Below, in pieces: positions 7,926 through 16,461 of a DNA stretch of 64,000 nt. This DNA is from Syntrophaceae bacterium (GTDB lineage: Bacteria; Desulfobacterota; SM23-61). The position numbers and the translations under genes are program-made. Under the pieces are notes generated by a model. The model made no database searches and was not told where the DNA came from. It saw nothing but the letters and a program-made list of their open reading frames with translations. How positions within the stretch are numbered: position 1 is the stretch's first letter; each line of letters begins with the position of its first letter. The DNA lies in NCBI GenBank assembly GCA_013388675.1, contig JACAEW010000169.1, forward strand, positions 115 through 64,114, written 5' to 3'.

Positions 7926-10373
7926 CTATTTCTTCTCTTCCCCTCCCTCAAACTCCTTCATCTTCTTGGCCAAGTCCCGGAGTTTCTGATCCACGAGGCC
8001 GTTCACCGTCCCTGCGGGGTAAGTCCCATCGGGGTTCTTTTCTCCCGCGGGCATACCGGTCAGAATTTCGATCCCCCGGTCGATGGTTTCGACCGGGTAG
8101 ATATGAAACTTTCCTTCCTTCACCGCGGCCACGACATCTTTTCGCAGCATCAGGTCGCCCACGTTTTGATGGGGAATGAGAACCCCTTGCCTTCCGGTCA
8201 GCCCGCGGGACCGGCAAACGTCGAAAAACCCCTCGATCTTCTGGTTCACCCCGCCGATGGGCTGAATCTCGCCGTTCTGGTTGACCGAGCCGGTCACCGC
8301 CAAATCCTGGCGCAGGGGTACGTTCGCCAGACTGGAGACGATGGCATACACCTCCGTGGAGGATGCGCTGTCCCCGTCCACCCCGCTGTAGGACTGCTCG
8401 AAGGCCAAGCTGGCGGTGAGGGTCAAGGGTTTATCCTGGGCGTATTTGCCGCGCAGGTATCCGCCCAAAATCAGCACTCCCTTGTTGTGGGTCCTTCCCG
8501 AAAGGTCAGCCTCCCGCTCGATGTTAATGATCCCGGCCTTGCCCATGGAGGTCTTGGCGGTGATACGGGATGGTTTTCCGAAAGCGTATTCTCCCATGTC
8601 ATATACCGATAGGCCATTTACCTGTCCCACTTTGGCGCCCTCGGAGTCGATGAGGATGATTCCTTCGTCGATCATCTCCTGGATCTTGTCTTCAATCATC
8701 CGGAGCCGATCGATCCTCTCGGCAATGGCCTGATCCACGTGTTTTTCCCTCACTTCCCCGCTGCCGTCCTTCTTGGCCCAATAGTTGGCCTCCCGCAGAA
8801 CATCCGTGATTCGATGAAACTCGGTGGAAAGCTTCTTCTGCCGGCCTGCCAGCCGCACCCCGTACTCGATGACCGCAGCCACCCCGCTTCGGTCGAAGGG
8901 CAGGAGTTTTTCGTCCTGGCAGATCTTGCGGATGAAAGAGGAGTACTGCAACTGGGAATCCTCATTCCGATTCATCACCGAGTCGAAGTCGGCCTTAATC
9001 TTGAAGATTTTTTTGAAGTCCTCATCCATGTAGTAGAGGGTTTCATAGATATAGGCGTCGCCGATCATAATGACTTTGACTCGAGCCTCGATCGGCTCCG
9101 GTTTCAGGGCCGAGCTGGCGAAGAGGTAGAAGGGGTCGAAGGACTGCATCTCCATGGAGCGGTTCCGCAGGGTCCGCTTCAAGGCGATCCAGACCCCGGG
9201 TTCGATAAAAACGTCAAGGGCGTTGAGGACCAGGTACCCCCCGTTGGCCCGCAGGAAAGAGCCGCTCTTGATCTTGGTGAAGTCCGTCTTCCAGATCCCT
9301 CCCATTCGGTCGATATTCCGCTCGATGGTCCCGAAGAGGTTGCGGTAGGTGGGGGAGGTCTCGATGATGACCGGCGCCCCCTTGGTCTCCGAATTGTCCA
9401 CCAGGACATTCACCTGGTATTCGCTGAAGGTGTCGGGGGGTGCGGGCAATGCCAGGCCGGGGATGGGGAGCTGCGGGGTTTCAGCCTTGGGTTGAAACCG
9501 GGAGGGGTTTTCCAGAATGGCATCCTTGGCTTCATCGAGGTAGCCCTGGATTTTGGGCTGGGAGTACTTCTCTTTCAAATCCCCGATGGCCTCTACGACC
9601 AGTTGCGAAACGGCCGATTTATCCAGGGCGTTCAGCTCTTCCTGGATTACCTTCTCCACTTTCCGGGTCTCTTTTAATACCTGTTCCATATCCCCGCTTA
9701 GTTGGCCGTATTTCCCTTTCAAGCCCTCAAAAGTCTCTTTGGGAAACTGGCCCTGGTCCACCAGGTTCTCCAATTGCTCCAGGGGTACGGGATTTCCGGC
9801 CACCACCGGTACGATATCCGGACGGGTGAAGGGACCCACCTGGACCTGCACCACGGTGAACCCTTCTTTCTTGGCCTTGGCTTCGAACTCCTTGATCATG
9901 GCCTTTTCCCGTTCCCGGTGTTTCTCCACCAGACCTCTTCGTTGTTTCTGGTACTCTTCGCTCTCGAAGACCTGGGGGATGGCCTTCTTCAAGGATTCGA
10001 TGATGTCCTCCATGTCTTTTTTGAAGACTTTCCCTTTTCCGGCGGGCAAGGTGATGCATTTGGGCTGGTCCGGGTCTTTGAAGTTGTTCACGTAGCAGAC
10101 GTCATCGGGAATCTTCCCGGTCTTGTCGATTTCCTCGAGCAGGCACTTGATGGTCGTGGTCCTTCCGGTCCCCACTAGGCCGACGATAAAAATATTGTAA
10201 CCCAGGCTCTCCACTTCCAGGCCCAGCCGTATCGCCTTCAGGGCCCGATTCTGGCCGATCACATCGGTGCAGGGCTGGACCTCCTGAGTGGTTTTAAAGG
10301 GAAGGGATTCCGGCGAGCAGCGCCAGCGCAGCTTCTCCACCGGGACCTCGGGATAGGTTTTCAATTCGGCCAT
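7926..10373 (-). CDS. Lon-like protease, LonC-type (degenerate AAA-like domain with helical insertion)
   Basis: Walker A position reads GLVGTGRTT (Arg in place of Lys). Walker B position reads GGYLVLNAL (no DE). A K/E-rich helical insertion follows. The C-terminal Lon protease domain has the Ser context VDGDSASST and the Lys context GGVNQKIEG. Confidence 0.8.
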   Translation of the reverse strand: MAELKTYPEVPVEKLRWRCSPESLPFKTTQEVQPCTDVIGQNRALKAIRLGLEVESLGYNIFIVGLVGTGRTTTIKCLLEEIDKTGKIPDDVCYVNNFKDPDQPKCITLPAGKGKVFKKDMEDIIESLKKAIPQVFESEEYQKQRRGLVEKHREREKAMIKEFEAKAKKEGFTVVQVQVGPFTRPDIVPVVAGNPVPLEQLENLVDQGQFPKETFEGLKGKYGQLSGDMEQVLKETRKVEKVIQEELNALDKSAVSQLVVEAIGDLKEKYSQPKIQGYLDEAKDAILENPSRFQPKAETPQLPIPGLALPAPPDTFSEYQVNVLVDNSETKGAPVIIETSPTYRNLFGTIERNIDRMGGIWKTDFTKIKSGSFLRANGGYLVLNALDVFIEPGVWIALKRTLRNRSMEMQSFDPFYLFASSALKPEPIEARVKVIMIGDAYIYETLYYMDEDFKKIFKIKADFDSVMNRNEDSQLQYSSFIRKICQDEKLLPFDRSGVAAVIEYGVRLAGRQKKLSTEFHRITDVLREANYWAKKDGSGEVREKHVDQAIAERIDRLRMIEDKIQEMIDEGIILIDSEGAKVGQVNGLSVYDMGEYAFGKPSRITAKTSMGKAGIINIEREADLSGRTHNKGVLILGGYLRGKYAQDKPLTLTASLAFEQSYSGVDGDSASSTEVYAIVSSLANVPLRQDLAVTGSVNQNGEIQPIGGVNQKIEGFFDVCRSRGLTGRQGVLIPHQNVGDLMLRKDVVAAVKEGKFHIYPVETIDRGIEILTGMPAGEKNPDGTYPAGTVNGLVDQKLRDLAKKMKEFEGGEEKK

Positions 10374-10579
10374 GGAGTTCCTCCTCGGGAAAATTGGGGT
10401 CAGGGGTTTCGTGCGGGGGTCAGCACAACGGGCGGTATTGCTTCAATTCACACCCGACACCGACACCATCTTGGGGAAGGTTAGCAAAAAACCGGGGATG
10501 GGTCAAATGGTATAAATCGGGATCAGGGGTTCGTGTCGCGCGGGGGCTCATGTATTGGCGGGTTGGAAAGGACGTAGTA

Positions 10580-10602
10580 GGGGCGACCCGGCGGGTCGCC
10601 CC
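10580..10602 (-). terminator. Perfect GC hairpin (REP-like variant) after the ArsA-like operon
   Basis: ggggcgaccc-ggc-gggtcgcccc lies 16 nt beyond the stop of the gene ending at 10619. No obvious U-tract. Confidence 0.45.
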
Positions 10603-10618
10603 GTTAGAAGGAGTGCCC

Positions 10619-11599
10619 CTAAACAAACAGTTTATCGGCCAGCTTGCGGAGCATTGCCGGCCCCTGGACTTCGGTCTCAAAGAGAGGAATGATGGAACGG
10701 ACCCCGTCGCCGAACTTTTGCCAGATTTCCTCCATGTGCTCGTCCTGCATCTTCACCCGGTTGCGGACGAACTCCGGGGCATCGGCTTTGACCGTTTCTT
10801 TTTGGATCAGGCCGTTCACGATCACGCCGCCTACCGGGATCCCGAAGTCGTGGAACCATTGGATGAACCGGGTGATCACGGCGATGGGCAGGGCTTCGGG
10901 CAGGGTCACGAAGAAAAAGGAGGTCAGCGCGGGGTCGGTCAAGAGAACCTTGGCGTGTCCCATGCGGTCCTTGAATCCGAGCAGATAATCCATCAGGGGG
11001 TCCTTCTCCTCTTTCTTCGTGTAGGAGAGGGCCTTCCTCAGGACCTTGGCCTCTTCCCGGCTTTTGAGCATCTTGTCCACCCAGAGGGCATAAACCTTGG
11101 ACATGCCCAGGAGGCGCCGGGCATTGGCGGTGGGCGCCGTGTCAAAGACATAGATTTCGTATTCGTCCTTGAACATCAAATCGAGCATGTTCTCGAACAT
11201 GGCGGATTCTTCGAAGGCCGGGTTCATGGTCGCCGACTCGACGAATTCCTCGGCCTTGATGGTGATGTCCGCAAATTTGAGGAACCAGGCGATCTTTTCC
11301 CGGATCTCCTGTTTCGACCGTTCGATGGACTCTTTGGTGTCGATCTCAAATCCCCAGCAGAGCTTTTCATCGCAGATGATGGCCGGTTTTCCGAATACAT
11401 CCTGGTTCAGCAGATTGCTCAGGCTGTGGACCGGGTTCGTGGAGGCCAAGAGCGTCTTCTTTCCCTGCCGGGCGAACCAGAGTGCGGAAGCCCCGGCCAT
11501 GATGGTTTTGCCCACCCCCCCTTTCCCCCCAAAAAAGACAAATTTCAGCTTGGGATGGTTCTTTATGTAATCGGCCATGCTGATCGTGATTCCGCTCAT
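10619..11599 (-). CDS. ArsA/Get3-family P-loop ATPase (single half), subunit 2 of a tandem pair
   Basis: P-loop FFGGKGGVGKT. Switch region VFDTAPTANARRLL, versus canonical DTAPTGHT. The start overlaps the upstream stop (ATGA at 11596-11599). Confidence 0.8.
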   Translation of the reverse strand: MSGITISMADYIKNHPKLKFVFFGGKGGVGKTIMAGASALWFARQGKKTLLASTNPVHSLSNLLNQDVFGKPAIICDEKLCWGFEIDTKESIERSKQEIREKIAWFLKFADITIKAEEFVESATMNPAFEESAMFENMLDLMFKDEYEIYVFDTAPTANARRLLGMSKVYALWVDKMLKSREEAKVLRKALSYTKKEEKDPLMDYLLGFKDRMGHAKVLLTDPALTSFFFVTLPEALPIAVITRFIQWFHDFGIPVGGVIVNGLIQKETVKADAPEFVRNRVKMQDEHMEEIWQKFGDGVRSIIPLFETEVQGPAMLRKLADKLFV

Positions 11600-12534
11600 A
11601 ATTTCCCTCCGTTGCCGAACATGGCTTGGGCCATCTTCTCGATCATCGGCAATCCGGTGACATCCCGTTCCATCTCCGGAACCGAAGCCAGGATTTCATT
11701 CTTGAAAGTCTCGTCGATCAGCTTCAGGTATTTCTCCTGCATGGTGATCCGGTGACGCAGGTACTCGGGGATGTCCTGATTTTTGAGCCCCGGAGGAATG
11801 ACCCGGTTGATGATGTAGCCGCTCAGCGGAACGTCAAATTTAGCGAAGAGCCCTGCGGCCTTCTGAGTGTCCTTGATGATCATCTCTTCGGGAACGATGA
11901 CAAAGAAAAAGGCGGTCTTCTGCTTATCCGTAAGGATGCTCGAGGATTTGTTGATCCGGTCCTTGATCCATAGCAGCTCGGTGAGAATCTTGTCTTCCTC
12001 GGTTTCCTTCTCCCTCTTCACGACGGCCACCACCTTGTCGTACTCGGCCATCTCCCCCCGAAGGTGGGTGATTTTATCGATCCAGGCGTCGTACACCGAA
12101 GCCATGGAAAGGTAATAGAGGGCATGTCCCAGGGGAACCAGGTCGTAAATGTAGTAGTCGTAGCCGCCCTTGACAACGATGTCCACCACCTCGTCGAAGA
12201 TGGCGCTCTCTTCCATGGCCGGCTCGGCCGCTGCGGCTGAGATGTAGCCTTCGATCTCTTCGGGAACCTTCGGCAGCCCGTACATGTCCAGGATCTTTTT
12301 GCGGATTTCCTCCTGGTACTCCTTTATGCGGCGGTCGGCGTCGATCTCCTGGGCGTAGAGATTGGGCATGATCTCCACCGCCCCCTTGCCGAAGATATCC
12401 CGCTGGAAGATGTCGCTTAGCGAAGCCTGCGGGTCCACGGAAAAGACCAACACTTTTTTCCCCTGTTTGGCCAGGTAATAGGCGGCTGCCGCGGAAAAGG
12501 TGGTCTTTCCCAACCCCCCTTTCCCCCCGAACAT
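11596..12534 (-). CDS. ArsA/Get3-family P-loop ATPase (single half), subunit 1 of a tandem pair
   Basis: P-loop FGGKGGLGKTT sits at the extreme N-terminus of the ATG-defined ORF. Switch region IYDLVPLGHALYYL. A possible ATT start at 12582, 6 nt after AAGGAGG, would add 16 residues (see findings). Confidence 0.75.
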   Translation of the reverse strand: MFGGKGGLGKTTFSAAAAYYLAKQGKKVLVFSVDPQASLSDIFQRDIFGKGAVEIMPNLYAQEIDADRRIKEYQEEIRKKILDMYGLPKVPEEIEGYISAAAAEPAMEESAIFDEVVDIVVKGGYDYYIYDLVPLGHALYYLSMASVYDAWIDKITHLRGEMAEYDKVVAVVKREKETEEDKILTELLWIKDRINKSSSILTDKQKTAFFFVIVPEEMIIKDTQKAAGLFAKFDVPLSGYIINRVIPPGLKNQDIPEYLRHRITMQEKYLKLIDETFKNEILASVPEMERDVTGLPMIEKMAQAMFGNGGKL

Positions 12535-12668
12535 GATGTACCGCCGGTCCGGATACTTTTCAAAAATGTCTGCGAGTGGAATGGCACACCTCCTTATGGT
12601 GGAAAATCAATTTCATCCTTTTCTTCCCGAAATAATCCCTCACTCCGGACAAGCCCCAAAAGAAAGCT

Positions 12669-12737
12669 GTAGGGGCAACCCTACGCGGCCGCCCGCAAAA
12701 TGGGAGGCCATCACGCTTATGGCATGGCTGCCCCTAC
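12669..12737. repeat. ~70-bp composite palindromic repeat, copy 1
   Basis: gtaggggcaaccct...cgcggccgcccgcaaaatggg...tgcccctac. Shares blocks with the copies at 24388-24453 and 36761-36826. Confidence 0.55.
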
Positions 12738-12790
12738 AATTCTATTGCCCCTTCTTGCAAAATTCATCCACAACAAAATAATAGAGGAAA

Positions 12791-12812
12791 GGGGCAATTC
12801 ATGAATTGCCCC
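12791..12812. repeat. REP-like GC palindrome
   Basis: ggggcaattcatgaattgcccc is a perfect palindrome abutting the stop of the small ORF. Confidence 0.6.
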
Positions 12813-13123
12813 TACGCCAGAGCGTCCGTCAGGTCGCGCTCCCGGAGCATCCTGCGTTTCCAGGTAGAAATCTGGGGGACGACATAGGGCAGAATCCGCA
12901 AAGAATAATAAGGAGGCAGAATCGGCACTCCCAGCAGGTCGCCCATGGTGATGAGAATAAAGAGATGCTCCATGCTCCCCCGGGTTTTCAGGGCGAACCG
13001 GGCGGTATCATGGGCGGCCATCCCATAGATCAGTTCTTTTGCCGCCTTTCCGAATCTGCCGAAAAAACCTTTTTTTTCTTCTTTGGCCATAGCCCTTCTC
13101 CTTTCTCTCCTCTCGGTTGCCAT
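12812..13123 (-). CDS. Small basic protein with a central hydrophobic segment, upstream of the ArsA-like pair
   Basis: Product MATERRERRRAMAKEEKKGFFGRFGKAAKELIYG...HLFILITMGDLLGVPILPPYYSLRILPYVVPQISTW... Two candidate starts have SD-like sequences: 13123 (AGGGGA) and 13090 (AAGGAG). No family recognised. Confidence 0.45.
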   Translation of the reverse strand: MATERRERRRAMAKEEKKGFFGRFGKAAKELIYGMAAHDTARFALKTRGSMEHLFILITMGDLLGVPILPPYYSLRILPYVVPQISTWKRRMLRERDLTDALA

Positions 13124-13460
13124 TATATTCCCCTGGAAAGGTTTGTCAAACAAAAAAAGCCGGATATTTGCCCTCCCCAGGAATATCCTCAGTCTTCCAC
13201 CTTTCTCGACTGAGATGATATAGATCATGGACGCCCGGCAGAGATTAAAAATAATGTTGACATCTTTTTTCAGTTGTGCCAAAAATGGGCCAAAAAGCAT
13301 TTTGGACCATGCGGAAACATCCCAAAAGGAGGTGGTGTGGGGTAAAAAATCTCCCTGATTGCGGGAAGTTAGATCGTCGATATGGCTTGAGTCTCTCTTG
13401 AGAACCGATGCAGGAGAGAAAGCAAGGGCTTATTAGATTTAACCAACAGGAGGGAGAGAG

Positions 13461-15212
13461 ATGACATCGTTAATGGCCTTGATTATGGGTATTGTCTGGA
13501 TTTTTCTGGTTTACCGGATATATGCCCGATATGTGGACCGGAAGATCGTCATGTCTGACAATAAAAAAGCGACTCCTGCCGTCATGTACATGGACGGGGT
13601 CGAATTCATGCCCGCCAACAAAAACGTCCTCTTTGGCTTCCAATTCAAGTCCATATGCGGCTTAGGACCCGTCGTCGGTGCCATCCTGGCGGTTAATTGG
13701 GGATGGGTTCCGGCCATGATGTACCTTTTCCTGGGGGTGGCCTTCATCGGCTGGATCCATGACTATACCGCCAGCATGGTGGGGATCCGGAGAGAGGGAA
13801 TGAGCCTGGGAGGGATGAGTTACACCCTCATTTCTCCCCGAGCCAGAACCCTGATCAGCATCTTCATTTATTTCAACCTCATGCTCAGTTTCGGCGCTTT
13901 TGCCCTGCTCATCGCCGGGAATCTGACCCAGCCGCACGGACCCCTGGGCATCATCATCTGGGTCCTGATGGGTCTACTCTGCGGCCAGATGATCTACAAG
14001 TGGAAACAGTCCATCGTAACTACCACAGTGGTTACCGTCGCCATCACCTTTATCGGAATTTTTCTCCTCACCAACCTTCCGCCGGTTACGGCCTTCTTCA
14101 AAGCCATCAGCGGAGGGGACAAGCCCCCGATCATCTTCGGTTCCATAAACCAGCCCACCTTCATCTGGGTCATTGCCGTCCTGATCTTCTGCTACTTCGG
14201 GGCGGTCCTGCCCATTTGGCGCTGGGCCCAGCCCATGAATTACCTTGGGTTCTGGGTGGTCTTCATCGGCATGGTCATGATCAGCCTGGGAATTCTTTTC
14301 TGGAACCCCTCCTTCGGGAATTTCCCGGCTTATAAATCTTGGTGGTGGGGAAACAACCCGCTATGGCCGATTCTATTCGTGACCATGATGTGCGGAGCCA
14401 TTTCCGGCTGGCATTCCCTGGTTTCAAGTTCGGGTACCGCCCGCATGATCGAAAAGGAAACCGACACCCTCCCGGTGGCTGGTGGGGCCATGCTCCTGGA
14501 AATGATCATGGGTCTTCTGGCCCTGATCATCGCCGTCTCGGCCTTTGGAAGCTTTGAAGGCTTTGCGGGGGCCATGAAAAAAGGAGCCGGCGCTGTCTTC
14601 ATGCAGGGAGGTGCCAACTTCTTGGGTAAGATCGGTATCCCGGCGGAGGTCGCCGGCGTGTATTCCAACGCCATGTTCGCCATCATCGGTTTGACCCTGA
14701 TTCATCTAGGGGTGCGATTCATGCGTCTGTACGGAGCGGACGTGCTGGGGGAATTCTGGCCGATCTTCAAGAACGTCCACTTTTCAGCCGTCTTCACCAT
14801 CATCATCTTCGCCGTCTTCTGCTTCACCGGGGTTCTGGCCACCCTCTGGTTCCTGGGAGGGGCGTTTAACCAGATGCTGGCTTCCATGGCCTTGCTGATC
14901 GCCTCCTGCTGGCTTGCCTATGAGAGGAAGAATTACAAAATCACTCTCTACCCCTCGATCTTCCTCTTTGTGACCACCATTTCGGCAGCCATCTGGATTT
15001 CCTATGGAACGATCCAACACTTCTTCACCACTCCCAATATCACCACCGATCGGGCAATTGGCGACTGGCTCACCGGGCTCATTGCCCTCTTCCTGGTTTT
15101 CTGCGCCGGGACGCTGATTGTGGATGCTTTCAAAGCCATCCGCAAATTCACCGCAGAAAAGGCCGCCGGCCAACCCGTATCCGTCCCCGGCAGCAGCGGG
15201 AGCGCGAAATAA
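13461..15212 (+). CDS. cstA: Carbon starvation protein A family transporter
   Basis: 583-aa polytopic protein. N-terminal region FGFQFKSICGLGPVVGAILAVNWGWVPA...HDYTASMVGIRREG is typical of CstA. GGAGGGAG lies upstream. Confidence 0.85.
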   Translation: MTSLMALIMGIVWIFLVYRIYARYVDRKIVMSDNKKATPAVMYMDGVEFMPANKNVLFGFQFKSICGLGPVVGAILAVNWGWVPAMMYLFLGVAFIGWIHDYTASMVGIRREGMSLGGMSYTLISPRARTLISIFIYFNLMLSFGAFALLIAGNLTQPHGPLGIIIWVLMGLLCGQMIYKWKQSIVTTTVVTVAITFIGIFLLTNLPPVTAFFKAISGGDKPPIIFGSINQPTFIWVIAVLIFCYFGAVLPIWRWAQPMNYLGFWVVFIGMVMISLGILFWNPSFGNFPAYKSWWWGNNPLWPILFVTMMCGAISGWHSLVSSSGTARMIEKETDTLPVAGGAMLLEMIMGLLALIIAVSAFGSFEGFAGAMKKGAGAVFMQGGANFLGKIGIPAEVAGVYSNAMFAIIGLTLIHLGVRFMRLYGADVLGEFWPIFKNVHFSAVFTIIIFAVFCFTGVLATLWFLGGAFNQMLASMALLIASCWLAYERKNYKITLYPSIFLFVTTISAAIWISYGTIQHFFTTPNITTDRAIGDWLTGLIALFLVFCAGTLIVDAFKAIRKFTAEKAAGQPVSVPGSSGSAK

Positions 15213-15222
15213 AACCCTATCT

Positions 15223-15270
15223 GAAATCCCCCCACCCCCCTTTTAGTAAAGGGGGGCACGGGGGGATTTC
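15223..15270 (+). terminator. Nested C-tract/G-tract double hairpin after cstA
   Basis: Outer stem gaaatcccccc...ggggggatttc encloses inner cccccctttt-agt-aaagggggg. Starts 11 nt after the cstA stop. Member of a dispersed family (see 21711-21797). Confidence 0.5.
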
Positions 15271-15419
15271 TGGCGAAACCTGCAATTTTGGTTGCAGCCC
15301 TGCAACGCGAGGTTTATTTAGGTCCCCGATGGGTTTATAATACTCTTATGCAGCCGATCACCCTGGAAGTCATCTCTTTGGTCCCGGGCCTTTTTGACAC
15401 CTGACCCTCCTGCGAGTTC

Positions 15420-15719
15420 ATGTCCGACCAGGTGGGTTTGCGGGCCAAACGAGACAGAGCAATGCTGAATGAATATCCGAAAGAGCTGAAGGAAGATTAT
15501 CTCTTCCTTTCCGGCTGGATCCGCGAATTGTCCCAAAAATACGGCTCGAGGATCTTAATCCGAGTCATCGACGCCCAATCCTTCCAGGGAGTCTACAAAT
15601 CAATTCGCTACTGGGTGCATCGATATCCAACCTTTATTATCAACCACAGGAAGAAATACACGGGAAAAGACAAAGATCGGCTGGATGCCCTCCTGCAAGA
15701 AAACCTTGCCACCCCCTGA
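15420..15719 (+). CDS. Hypothetical protein
   Basis: ORF only. No clear SD at either candidate start (15420 or the ATG 42 nt downstream). No family recognised. Confidence 0.35.
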   Translation: MSDQVGLRAKRDRAMLNEYPKELKEDYLFLSGWIRELSQKYGSRILIRVIDAQSFQGVYKSIRYWVHRYPTFIINHRKKYTGKDKDRLDALLQENLATP

Positions 15720-15728
15720 AGCCCGACT

Positions 15729-16232
15729 TTGGACATGACCCCCGAACCCAAAAAACACATTATCGCTGCCAGGAACATCCTATTCGGTACGGGGTATTTC
15801 CTGATCTTATCCCTGCCCGAAGGCTGGAGAGTCACCCGAAGCTACCTGGAGCCGGACGTGCACTCGGTCGTCATGCGCGACCCGATCACCTGGGTCGAGG
15901 CCGGGCAGACGGACCAAGTCGTCTTTCATCCGACTCGGAAGATCGGCGTGGACCTGACCATCCTGATCAAGAGGGGGAAACATGAATCCCTGAATCCAAA
16001 GGGGGTTCAGGTCTCTTCCCGAGGGTCGGGCACCGTGGGGGGACATCCAGCAGCCTATTTTTACGGGGAGGTTCGAGAGGGACTTTTCAAAAAAAGGACC
16101 CGCAAGACTCTTCGCGTCTGCTTTTACTGCCCGGAGTTGCAACACACCATTTTCCTCCATTTTACCGGCAAGTGCCAGGAGTCCGAGCTGAGAGAACTCC
16201 ATGAATCCCTGGCCGGGCTGGAGTGCCATTAA
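15729..16232 (+). CDS. Hypothetical protein
   Basis: ORF only, with a TTG start or an ATG at 15735. Cys-containing C-terminal part (RVCFYCPEL...GKCQ...LECH). No family recognised. Confidence 0.4.
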   Translation: MDMTPEPKKHIIAARNILFGTGYFLILSLPEGWRVTRSYLEPDVHSVVMRDPITWVEAGQTDQVVFHPTRKIGVDLTILIKRGKHESLNPKGVQVSSRGSGTVGGHPAAYFYGEVREGLFKKRTRKTLRVCFYCPELQHTIFLHFTGKCQESELRELHESLAGLECH

Positions 16233-16310
16233 ACAAGCTATACCCCCCACCTTCTCTTTATAAACGAGGGAAAACAGAGTTCGGCTATTGGATTGCCCAT
16301 GACTTGCCAA

Positions 16311-16366
16311 TATAAACATAGTATGTCGAAAAAATATCGACATACTATGTTTATATGTGCTATATA
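16311..16366 (+). promoter_or_regulatory. 19-bp perfect inverted repeat overlapping a sigma70-like promoter upstream of abiEi
   Basis: tataaacatagtatgtcga (16311-16329), 7-nt spacer, tcgacatactatgtttata (16337-16355). The right arm contains TCGACA as a possible -35; after an 18-nt spacer, TATATA (16361-16366) is a possible -10. This is an AT-rich island in GC-rich DNA. Confidence 0.45.
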
Positions 16367-16407
16367 TAAGCAGTGTCGTGACAATTCCCTCTTCCCCCTT
16401 TAGCTCG

Positions 16408-16429
16408 CCTAAGCCACAGGTGGCTTAGG
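16408..16429 (+). promoter_or_regulatory. Second palindrome in the abiEi leader
   Basis: cctaagccac-ag-gtggcttagg, 33 nt upstream of the abiEi ATG. Confidence 0.35.
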
Positions 16430-16461
16430 GGGAAGCAGAAAAACCTGAGTACCTAAGGAAG

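Noticed and set aside
8739-11755. Long plus-strand ORFs (8739..9677, 9553..10095, 10394..11755, and also 7836..8612) opposite the Lon-like and ArsA-like genes.
   Set aside because: These are shadow ORFs typical of GC-rich DNA. Their products are low-complexity and Gly/Pro/Arg/His-rich with no motifs, whereas the opposite strand encodes proteins with clear family signatures.
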